Assembly (NCBI GenBank): GCA_964639985.1
Contig: CAZXHG010000011.1
Coordinates: 7,871-71,870, forward strand
DNA length: 64,000 nt
Reading direction: 5' to 3'
DNA from: an uncultured Rickettsiales bacterium
GTDB taxonomy: Bacteria; Myxococcota_A; UBA796; UBA9615; CAYRNR01
The notes under the pieces were generated by a model that saw only the letters and a program-made list of their open reading frames with translations, was not told the DNA's origin and searched no databases. The translations under genes and the position numbers were made by a program. This document shows, in pieces, positions 28,146 to 36,358 of the stretch; the stretch's first letter is position 1; every line of letters begins with the position of its first letter.

Positions 28146-30765
28146 CGCCCCGCACCACGTGGAAGACGGGGAAGGTGCCGTAGCCCTTGGGGAGGGGCTG
28201 GGTGCCGGCGTATTCGCAGGTGAAGTCGTCGACGCCCTCGGCCGCGGCCAGGGCGGTGAAGGCGCGGGAGGCGTAGACGGTGCCGGCCGGGGTGATCTGC
28301 TCGATGCGGGCGGCGCGGCTGACGTGGGCGCCCATGAAGGTGAACTGGCCGGTGACCGGGTCGGTGAGGGCGTGGGTGGGGCCGGCGTGCAGGCCGACGC
28401 GGGTGCGGAGATCGGGGGGCATGCCGGCCTGCTCCCAGTCCGTGGCGCGGAACAGCTCGGACAGTTCCAGGGCGAAGAGGCCTGCGTCGCGGACGGAGAG
28501 GAAGACCATGTACAGGCCGTCGCCCCAGGTGTTGCGCACCACCGGCGCGTGGGCCGAGCGGTCGACGAGGGCGGCGATCTGGCCCAGGTGGTGCTCGGCG
28601 AAGCGGCGGAGCTGCACGTCGTCCAGCTGGCTGAAGCGGGCCGTGTCCGCGAACAACAGGGCCACGATGCGGTGGTCCGCGCCGTCGTCCGTTTCCGGCT
28701 CGTCGGCCGCTGCGTGGGGCAACGGCAGCACCGTGGGTTCGAGCTGGCGCTGCTGCCACAGGGCGATCGTGGCGGCGACGCCGTCCTCGCCCGGTCCGCC
28801 GCCGGACGCGGCGATCGGCACCACGGACGAGCCGAGGTGGCGGGCGCGGAAGGTGGCCAGCCCGAGAGCGACCCGTCGGGCGTAGTCCACGGCCGCGCGG
28901 TTCTGCAGGGCCTGGCGGCGGCCCATCACCTCCACGGTGGCGGCCTGTTCCAGGACCTTGTCGAAGCGCTGGCCCCAGCCCGGCGCCGTGGCCACGCGCT
29001 CGCGCCGGAACTCCTCCACCGGGCAGGGTAGGACGAGGTGCAGGTCACCACCGCGGGCGGCCATGGCCTCGGCGAACATCAGCTCCGCGCCGGCTGCGGC
29101 CGAGGTGTAGCCGTAGCGTGCGCCCGTGCGGTCGAGCTCGCGGGAGAGATGGTTGGCCAGCGCGATCTCCTCGGTCATGGACGAGGTCGGATCGTGGGCG
29201 TGCCGCACCGGCGCCACGAACAGGGCTACGGGTGGGGCAGGAGTCGGGTCCGGAAAACGGGTGGCACCTTCGTTCGCACCTTCGTTCGCAGCACCTTCGT
29301 TCGCACCTTCGTCCGTGACCTCGTCGTCGAATCCGGACAGTCGCCGCTGGTGCAGCAGGGCGCGGGCGCGGCCGGGGGCGCCTCCGGCTCGCAGGGCGGT
29401 GGCGAGCTGGGGGGCGAAGCGGTAGGAGGCCTGGGGCCAGCGGCCGAGGGCTTCGGTCAGGACCTCGGAGGCGAGCCAGGGTTCGCCTGCGGCGAGCAGG
29501 GCATCGGCGATGCGGCGGTAGAAGCCCGGGTTGAGGCGGGCCATGTTGGCGGGTCGGCCGTCCCAGATGGCCAGGAGGTCGGCGAGGCGGGTGGGGAGGG
29601 GGGCGGCGTCCCGCTCCATGCTGATCAGGGAATCGTCCAGGGAGATGCTGGCCGGTCCGCCGGCGGGTTCGCTGCCCAGCCGCTCCAGGGCCCAGCGGGA
29701 GAACATCCGGGAGCCGGCCACGAAGCGGTTGGTGCCCACCTCGCGGATCAGGCCGTTGACCAGCAGCTGGTCGAGGGCGTCCTCCACCCGGTCGACGTCG
29801 CCGCCGTAGATCTCGATGGCCGTGAACTTCTTGAACGGCTCGCGGGCGTGGGCGATCGGCCCGTAGAGCTGGCGTGCCTCGTCGCCGCACGACCCCCACC
29901 ACCGCTGGAAGTCGCCGCGTCGCTCCTTGAGGAAGCGCTGGCGGGCGCGCTCCAGCGCGTCGAGGTCCCCGCCGTCCTCCCAGAGCCTGCCCAGCAGGTA
30001 CTGGGCCAGGTAGGGGTGGCCGCCGACCTCGATGAGCAGCTCGCGTTCGGTGTCGGCCGGGAGGTCCTGGTCGAATCCGGCGCGCACCAGCTCCCTGACC
30101 GCGTCGTCGTCGATCAGCGCCATCTCCACGATGGTGACCACGTTGTAGAACGGCGATCCGGCCGTGCTCCACAGGTCCACGCTGGACAGTGTGCCGGCGA
30201 TGATCACGTTGAACCGTTGACGCAGCGCGCTCTGGCTGATCAGGAAGCGGGTGTTGGTGAAGAAGTCCTTGGACCACTCGTGCTGCCGCAGCTCGTCGAT
30301 CTCATCGAGCATGACGAACAGCTGCACCGTGTCGTCGAGGTCCATCACCTCCCGCAGCGTGTCCACGAAGTGCTCGAACGCGAAGTGCTCGGCCACCTCC
30401 CCGCCGCGCAGGTCCCGGATGGCCACGCCGAGCAGGTCCCGTGCCTCGGCGTGCAGCGAGCCGGAGGTGCGCAGCTCCGACAGGATGGCCGCGAACACGG
30501 CCGAGCGGGCCAGGCGGCCGAACTGCTGGGCGCTGAGCAGCACGGGCACCACCCGCAGCCCGGCGGCGGTCTCGGGCTGACGCCGCAGCTCGTGGGCCAC
30601 GCGCATCAGCAGGGAGGTCTTGCCGATGCGGGTCCCGCCGAGCACGGCAAAGGACTCGCCGCGGCGCGCGCGGCCCGCGATCTCGGCGACCTGGTCGTGG
30701 CGGCCGACGAACAGCGCCGGGCGGTCCTCGGGCTGGTCGAAGCGGTAGGGGGTCTCGCCGTTCAT
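28117..30765 (-). CDS. STAND/AAA+ NTPase, LOG/SLOG-like Rossmann domain and class III adenylate/guanylate cyclase fusion protein
   Basis: Walker A GGTRIGKTS, Walker B LFVMLDEIDE, GxP motif GGHPYL; central YGYTSAAAGAELMFAEAMAARGGDLHLVLP and SGGGPGEDG segments; C-terminal cyclase motifs LLFADTARFS, GDGLYMVF, RVGLHAGP, SRAARIE. Confidence 0.8.
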   Translation of the reverse strand: MNGETPYRFDQPEDRPALFVGRHDQVAEIAGRARRGESFAVLGGTRIGKTSLLMRVAHELRRQPETAAGLRVVPVLLSAQQFGRLARSAVFAAILSELRTSGSLHAEARDLLGVAIRDLRGGEVAEHFAFEHFVDTLREVMDLDDTVQLFVMLDEIDELRQHEWSKDFFTNTRFLISQSALRQRFNVIIAGTLSSVDLWSTAGSPFYNVVTIVEMALIDDDAVRELVRAGFDQDLPADTERELLIEVGGHPYLAQYLLGRLWEDGGDLDALERARQRFLKERRGDFQRWWGSCGDEARQLYGPIAHAREPFKKFTAIEIYGGDVDRVEDALDQLLVNGLIREVGTNRFVAGSRMFSRWALERLGSEPAGGPASISLDDSLISMERDAAPLPTRLADLLAIWDGRPANMARLNPGFYRRIADALLAAGEPWLASEVLTEALGRWPQASYRFAPQLATALRAGGAPGRARALLHQRRLSGFDDEVTDEGANEGAANEGANEGATRFPDPTPAPPVALFVAPVRHAHDPTSSMTEEIALANHLSRELDRTGARYGYTSAAAGAELMFAEAMAARGGDLHLVLPCPVEEFRRERVATAPGWGQRFDKVLEQAATVEVMGRRQALQNRAAVDYARRVALGLATFRARHLGSSVVPIAASGGGPGEDGVAATIALWQQRQLEPTVLPLPHAAADEPETDDGADHRIVALLFADTARFSQLDDVQLRRFAEHHLGQIAALVDRSAHAPVVRNTWGDGLYMVFLSVRDAGLFALELSELFRATDWEQAGMPPDLRTRVGLHAGPTHALTDPVTGQFTFMGAHVSRAARIEQITPAGTVYASRAFTALAAAEGVDDFTCEYAGTQPLPKGYGTFPVFHVVRGVSSAGGRER
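29266..29312. repeat. tandem 12/15-bp coding repeats (TTCGTTCGCA[GCA]CC) encoding the (G-A-N-E)n linker of the cyclase protein
   Basis: read directly; encodes GANEGAANEGANEGA. Confidence 0.7.
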
Positions 30766-33700
30766 GCCTCGATGTCCAGTCGCCGCACCCGGATGTACGT
30801 GCGCAGCAGCCTCATGGTGAACCGGTACTGGTCGCCGCGGCGATCCAGCAGGGAGAACTGCTCGAGGTTCTGCAGCTCGCGGTCGAAGCGGTCGGGATCG
30901 TCGAACAGCCGCGACGTGCGCTGCTGCAGTTCGGTGCGGGTGATGGCGCCGTCCTCGTCCGCGGCCACCGCGTCGAGGATCCCGCGCTGGAAGGAGTTGA
31001 GGTAGAAGCTGAGGATCTCGCCGAAGTACCCCTTCTTCAGGGTCAGGTAGCTCTCCGCGGCCACCCGCACCGTCTGGGCGTTGATCGTCACCGGCCGCTG
31101 GTCACCGGCGACCTTGGCCGTCTCCGAGCACAGCTGGCGGCAGACCATGGGGTGTCCGCCGCTGAGGTCGTACAGGGTGACCAGCGCGTCGTCGGTGAAG
31201 CCCAGGCCCATGCCCGCGCCGAGGTTGGTCACCATCTCCGCGGTCTCGGACGTGCTCAGCGGGCCCACGAACAGCTCGGACAGGTACTGGAAGATGGGGT
31301 TGTCGCGGCCGCCCCAGCGGCCCTGCAGGCACAGCCGGGCGTCCGCGCCGACCACGGCGAAGCCGAACACGTCGCGGAAGTCGGTCTGGTGCAGGCCGCG
31401 CAGCAGGCGGAAGAACGTGTCGTAGTGGGTGAAGCCGTCGTGGAAGTTGCCGCCGTCGAGTTCGTGGGGGATCAGGTGCTCGATCTCGTCGATCAGGAAG
31501 AACAACGTGGTGATGGAGGACGTCTCCAGGATGGCCGCGCGCAGGGTGCGCAGGTTGCCTTCGAACGCGACCATGGCCCCGGCCGGATCGTCCGGCAGCG
31601 GCGTCAGCTCCGGGCCCTCCACGTGCGGGAACTTGGCGGCCCAGTCCTCCAGGGCGCGGTCGCACAGCAGCTGGGCAAGGGAGAGGCAGGACGACGACGC
31701 CACCTCCTGCAGGTCGACCATGGCCACCACCGAGTCCGACAGGTGGGTGCGTAGCCGGTGGGCCAGCGAGGTCTTGCCCATCTTGCGGATGCCGAACACG
31801 CCGAACACCTCGCCCCGGTGCACCTTGCGCACCAGGGTGCGCAGCACCTGGCCGCGGCCGAAGAACTCGGCAGCGTCCAGCACCGGGTCCTTCTTGTCGA
31901 ACAGGTCCTCGCCGAGCAGCCACTGGGACCGCAGCTGGGTGAGCATGGCGCGGGTGCGGAAGTCGGCGACCGCGTCGCGCAGGGTGCGCTCGTCCAGGGG
32001 CAGCATGTGCAGCCGCGGCTGCTCGATCATGGAGGTCATGATCAGCTCGGTGGTGCCCGCGCTGGGCCGGGCCGCGCTGACCAGGACGGCCAGCCCCCGG
32101 GCCGTGCCGTCCCGGTCCTCCATGGAGCGACGGAAGTCCAGCACGTCCTCCGGGGACGGCGCGCGGTTGAGGTAGACCCGCACGCGCGCGTGATCCAGCT
32201 CCTTCCACCACCCGCTCAGGGGTGCGGCGGGGTGCACGAAGATCAGCTCGACCAGGCCGTCGCGGGTCTGCTGCAGCGGCCGGGCCTGCAGACCCAGGGA
32301 GGCGGCCAGCAGCTCGACCACGCCCACGGTGTCGAGGTCCTGCACCAGGGACGCGGCGTAGCGGCTGGCGAACGAACGGGTGTCCGGGATGTGGCTGGCC
32401 CGCTCCAGCGCGGTCAGGGCCAGGGTATGCCGGCCCAGCTTGCGGTGGATCCCGGTCAGCGCCAGCCACAGGAAGCCGTCGGCCGGGTTGCGCCGCGCGT
32501 ACTCCTCGAACGCGGCCTCCACGGCCTTGAGGTAGGGTACGGACTCGTCCACCGCGTCGGCCGAGGCCAGCAGCTGCTCGCGGCAGTCACGGTCCTCGAG
32601 CATGTCCACCACGGCCGAGGTGATCACCCCCACCTGTGGCTCGTCGGTCTCTTCGTAGAACTCCTTGAGCCGGTCGGCGATCATCGGGGCGAGATCCGGC
32701 CGCTGCTCGGCCACCTTGAGCAGGGCCGGGTAGAGGAACAGGATCCCGCCAGACGGGGGCGAGGCCCAGATGATGTGCTCCTCGAGGTCGGTCTCCAGCA
32801 GCGCGTCGGTCAGGCAATCCACGGCCTCGGCCGTGGGGTGCTCGGCCACGGCCTGCTCGGCGAACTCGATGGCCTTGCCCGCGTTGCCCGCGGCGAGCTC
32901 CATGCGGGCGAGCTGGACCATGAAGCGCAGGCGGGGGTCGGGCAGCGCCAGCGTGCGTTCGTACACGGATCGCGCCTCGTCGTCCGCCCGCGCCCGCTGG
33001 GCGTGGCCCAGCGCCAGCAGGGGCAGCAGCGGCGTGTCGGGATCGGAGCCCACCGAGCGGGCCAGGGTGGTGTAGAGGTCCTCCTCGACCAGGCCCAGGG
33101 TCTGCTGGGCCTCCAGCAGGCTGACGAGCTGGTCCGGCGACAGGTTCCGCACGGCGTCGAGCTGCAGCAGGATGTCCCGCACCCCCTGCATGTCCCCCAC
33201 GCGGGAGTAGTACTCGAACAGCCGCTGCAGCACCTCGGGCTCCCGCGGCCACTGGGAGCGGGCCTGCTCCAGCACGGCCCGCTCCTCGTGCGCGTTGGCC
33301 TCTCGCTTGTGGATGCGCGCCATCTGCAGGAAGGGTCGCTTCCACGCCGGCATGATCGTGGCCAGATAGGTGAATGCGGCGCGCGCGAGCTGGGACTTGC
33401 CCAGCGCCAGGAACAGGTCGCCCTGCAGCAGCACCACCAGCGCCAGCCCCACGGCCAGCGCCAGGGCGCCGAGCACCCAGCGACCCAGCGCGCCAACGCG
33501 CGCCTCCCGGTCCTGCTGCACGGCGATGTAGGTCTGCATCTCCTGGGCCTGGGGGTGCCACGGCTCCAGGGCCAGCACGGTCGCACACGCGGCATCGGCC
33601 GCCTCCCAGCGGTGGTCCTGCACGGCCTGCTGGCAGCGGGCGAACTCCCCCTCCACCCGGTCCGGATGGGCGGCCTGGCGGGCCCAGGCGCGGCGCCGGC

Positions 33701-34307
33701 TCAGCTCCCAGTCGTCGGGGTAGAACCGAAGCGCGGCCGTGGTCAGGGTCTGCACGTCCAGCGCGTACTCGTCGGTCAGCGGCCGTTGCAGCGCCAGCGA
33801 GCGCAGCTGCTGGCCGATGGCGTCGGTCCACGCGCGCAGCACGGCCGCGTCCGCGGGCAGGGCCTGCTGGGCGACGAACAGCTCGAGCTCACCCTGGCGG
33901 TAGTCCCCCTCGTCGAGCAGCCGCGTGCCCAGCACGTAGTGGGCCGTGGCCAGGTTGCCGGCCCGGTCGAACAGGCAGCCGTGGCCATGGTCCACGCCCA
34001 CGCCGATCACCTCGGCCACGGCCACGTCGCACAGGGGGTGGTCGGTCTCGGGCAACCGTTCGCGGCAGTCCGCACCGAACTCGTCCAGCGCCAGCGTGGT
34101 CACCGTCAGCCAGGCCTCGTGGGAGAACGAGTCCTCGGCCCAGCACGGCGACAGCTGGCTCACGCGGTCCAGCAGATCCGGATCGACCTCCGGGATCTCG
34201 ACCTGGGCCGCGGCGTGGCCGCCGAGGAGCAACGACAGCAGCAGCAGTGTGGGATGGAGCGATCGCCTCACACGGCGATCGTAGGGAGGTGGGGTGCGGG
34301 CGGTCAA
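30762..34307 (-). CDS. membrane-anchored STAND NTPase with periplasmic N-terminal domain, TPR-like region and C-terminal NTPase
   Basis: signal peptide ...GGHAAAQ, one TM (LGALALAVGLALVVLL); Walker A FGIRKMGKTS, Walker B LFFLIDEIEH, GGHPMV; TTG start at 34307 (alternative GTG at 34271); ATGA-type overlap with the cyclase gene. Confidence 0.75.
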   Translation of the reverse strand: MTARTPPPYDRRVRRSLHPTLLLLSLLLGGHAAAQVEIPEVDPDLLDRVSQLSPCWAEDSFSHEAWLTVTTLALDEFGADCRERLPETDHPLCDVAVAEVIGVGVDHGHGCLFDRAGNLATAHYVLGTRLLDEGDYRQGELELFVAQQALPADAAVLRAWTDAIGQQLRSLALQRPLTDEYALDVQTLTTAALRFYPDDWELSRRRAWARQAAHPDRVEGEFARCQQAVQDHRWEAADAACATVLALEPWHPQAQEMQTYIAVQQDREARVGALGRWVLGALALAVGLALVVLLQGDLFLALGKSQLARAAFTYLATIMPAWKRPFLQMARIHKREANAHEERAVLEQARSQWPREPEVLQRLFEYYSRVGDMQGVRDILLQLDAVRNLSPDQLVSLLEAQQTLGLVEEDLYTTLARSVGSDPDTPLLPLLALGHAQRARADDEARSVYERTLALPDPRLRFMVQLARMELAAGNAGKAIEFAEQAVAEHPTAEAVDCLTDALLETDLEEHIIWASPPSGGILFLYPALLKVAEQRPDLAPMIADRLKEFYEETDEPQVGVITSAVVDMLEDRDCREQLLASADAVDESVPYLKAVEAAFEEYARRNPADGFLWLALTGIHRKLGRHTLALTALERASHIPDTRSFASRYAASLVQDLDTVGVVELLAASLGLQARPLQQTRDGLVELIFVHPAAPLSGWWKELDHARVRVYLNRAPSPEDVLDFRRSMEDRDGTARGLAVLVSAARPSAGTTELIMTSMIEQPRLHMLPLDERTLRDAVADFRTRAMLTQLRSQWLLGEDLFDKKDPVLDAAEFFGRGQVLRTLVRKVHRGEVFGVFGIRKMGKTSLAHRLRTHLSDSVVAMVDLQEVASSSCLSLAQLLCDRALEDWAAKFPHVEGPELTPLPDDPAGAMVAFEGNLRTLRAAILETSSITTLFFLIDEIEHLIPHELDGGNFHDGFTHYDTFFRLLRGLHQTDFRDVFGFAVVGADARLCLQGRWGGRDNPIFQYLSELFVGPLSTSETAEMVTNLGAGMGLGFTDDALVTLYDLSGGHPMVCRQLCSETAKVAGDQRPVTINAQTVRVAAESYLTLKKGYFGEILSFYLNSFQRGILDAVAADEDGAITRTELQQRTSRLFDDPDRFDRELQNLEQFSLLDRRGDQYRFTMRLLRTYIRVRRLDIEA

Positions 34308-34325
34308 TCGCGGCGACCCGCGGGA

Positions 34326-35750
34326 TCAGCCGGGGAACAGGTTGATCGGGAACACGGCCTCGTACTCCTCGCCCGTGGCCGGGAAGCTCCAGCGTTTGAC
34401 CCGGCGGCACAGGTCCAGGCCCAGGTCGCGGTTGCCCGTGGAGTTGGCCGACGTGGTCACCTCGATCACCTTGCCGTCCACGCCCACCAGCACCGTCAGC
34501 TCCACCTTGCCCGCGAGCTCGGGCTCGTCCTTGAGGTGGCGCTCGTAGATGTGCTGCACCTCGCCGGCGTGGCGGGACAGCACAGCGGCGACCGAGCCGT
34601 GGTCCACGCCCGGGTCCACGAACGGGTCCTCGGGCTCGATGATCGCGGTCACCGCGGCCTGGTCGCGGTCGGTGGTGCCCGTCTCGCCCGCGCCGAAACC
34701 CCCGTGCTCGCCGATGGTGCCGGCCGTGCCGTCCCCGCCGCCGGTGTGGCGGGTCGACTCGCGAGCGTCCGCCACCGTGGCGTTGCGGAAGCCATTGGAG
34801 CGGCCGATGGCCTCGTCGAGGTTGGCCTCGAGCGTTCCCGAGTCGGCCATCAGGTCCAGGGTGGCCGTGCCGTTGTTGTTGTCCGAGTTGGTCGGGATCA
34901 GGGCTGCGGCCAGGCCCATGCTGCGCAGCTGCTCCATGCGCTGCGCGCGCAGCTCCTCGGCCGACAGCTGCTCGCCGCCGTCGGCCAGCGCGTCGTCCTC
35001 GCCCGGGCCCGGCTCGCCCGGATCGTCCGCCTCGGCCGTGGCCGGGTCGTCCGTGGGCGTGGGGATGTCCAGGGTCGGCTCGTCGATGGGGTCCTCGGCG
35101 TCCGGGTCGATCTGCAGCATCTCGTCGACCACCTCCTCGGGCAGCCAGATCTCGGCGAACCGCTCCGGGATGTCGTCCAGACCCAGGTGGGGCGGTGGCG
35201 CGGGCCGCGACTGCAGGTAGGTGTAGCCCGCGATGTTGAGCACCGTGGACAGCACCACGAACGACCAGAACACCCAGTCCACCTCGGCCATGTTCATGGG
35301 GCTGAAGCTGACCGCCACCCGCCGGGGCTCCGGGGGCGCGGGCACGAACTGGAACAGCACCGTGGTGCCGCCGATGCGCACCTTGCCGCGGTTGCCGTCA
35401 GCGAGCTTGAGGTGGTGCACGCCGCGGCGCTGGGGCGTGGCGCCGGCCAGCCGCTCCAGGGTCTGCACGGTGCCGTCGATGAACACCTTGCCCTGCATCT
35501 TGCGGTCGAAGGCCAGGTGGTAGCCGTCGGCGCGGGCCACGAACAGCCGGTGGTGATCGGGCAGGTGCGAGGCGGGCAGCACGAACATGTTGTCCGCGGC
35601 CTCGCCCACGGTCACGCTACGGCCGCTGCGGATCAGCCGCTCCTCCACGATCCGCGGTCCCTGGATGATGCCGATGCGCAGGACCTTGCCGCGCGGGCGG
35701 TCCTTGCGGGACAGGCTGCGGGTCTTGCTGATGATGCCGTCGGTACCCAT
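34326..35750 (-). CDS. TonB C-terminal domain protein with N-terminal cytoplasmic beta-rich (FHA/PilZ-like) domain and acidic linker
   Basis: ATG after GGAGGAAACGACG; one TM; C-terminal KVELTVLVGVDGKVIEV...RWSFP matches TonB_C. Confidence 0.7.
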   Translation of the reverse strand: MGTDGIISKTRSLSRKDRPRGKVLRIGIIQGPRIVEERLIRSGRSVTVGEAADNMFVLPASHLPDHHRLFVARADGYHLAFDRKMQGKVFIDGTVQTLERLAGATPQRRGVHHLKLADGNRGKVRIGGTTVLFQFVPAPPEPRRVAVSFSPMNMAEVDWVFWSFVVLSTVLNIAGYTYLQSRPAPPPHLGLDDIPERFAEIWLPEEVVDEMLQIDPDAEDPIDEPTLDIPTPTDDPATAEADDPGEPGPGEDDALADGGEQLSAEELRAQRMEQLRSMGLAAALIPTNSDNNNGTATLDLMADSGTLEANLDEAIGRSNGFRNATVADARESTRHTGGGDGTAGTIGEHGGFGAGETGTTDRDQAAVTAIIEPEDPFVDPGVDHGSVAAVLSRHAGEVQHIYERHLKDEPELAGKVELTVLVGVDGKVIEVTTSANSTGNRDLGLDLCRRVKRWSFPATGEEYEAVFPINLFPG

Positions 35751-35917
35751 CGTCGTTTCCTCCGGCCCGTCCGGGCCATCGCTACAGGCGCACTGGAGGT
35801 CCTGTGCACGGGGTGTGCCAGGAATGCAGATGGGGCGACGTCAGTCGTTCCGGGGAACAGGGGTGTCCGGAATAGCGGACAGGCTATCGAGGGCGGGTGT
35901 CGGCGGGGGCGGACAGG

Positions 35918-36268
35918 CTACCAGCTGGTGTCGTCGTCGCCGCCGGTGTCGTCGTCGCCGCCGGTGTCGTCGTCACCGGAGTCGGCGTACCACGCCGGCG
36001 CGCAGTCGTCGCCGCAGCCGCACTCGTCGACCAGTTCCCATTCCAGTACCGGATCACCGGCGCAGGAGTCCTGGGCCCAGGTCTCGCAGTCGTCGAGCGC
36101 GTCCGCCTCGGTGGTGCAGGCGCGGTTCTCGCCGTACGTGCCCTGGCAGGAGTAGAAGCAGCTGGCGAAGCTGCCGTCGTCGTCGTCTCCGCCGCCTCCG
36201 GCGCAGGCCCACAGGGCGAGGGGTAGGGCGATGGCGGTGATGATCAGCGCGGTCTTGAGGTGGGTCAT
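35918..36268 (-). CDS. small Cys-rich lipoprotein with (GGDDDT)3 tail
   Basis: lipobox LALWAC; 12 Cys; C-terminal tandem repeats. Confidence 0.55.
   Translation of the reverse strand: MTHLKTALIITAIALPLALWACAGGGGDDDDGSFASCFYSCQGTYGENRACTTEADALDDCETWAQDSCAGDPVLEWELVDECGCGDDCAPAWYADSGDDDTGGDDDTGGDDDTSW
35927..35980. repeat. 3 x 18-bp tandem repeat GGTGTCGTCGTCGCCGCC (coding, minus strand gives GGDDDT)
   Basis: read directly. Confidence 0.8.
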
Positions 36269-36358
36269 GGGTTCCTCCCCGGGCGAGTCCTGGTGTGGGT
36301 TGGGCTGGATTCTATGACAGGTTGGAATCCAGGTGCGAGCGTGCTCCGAACGAGTCGG

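Noticed and set aside
31758-36155. 1465-aa plus-strand ORF
   Set aside because: It runs antisense across three well-supported minus-strand genes. It has a Gly/Ala/Arg/Val low-complexity composition and no motifs.
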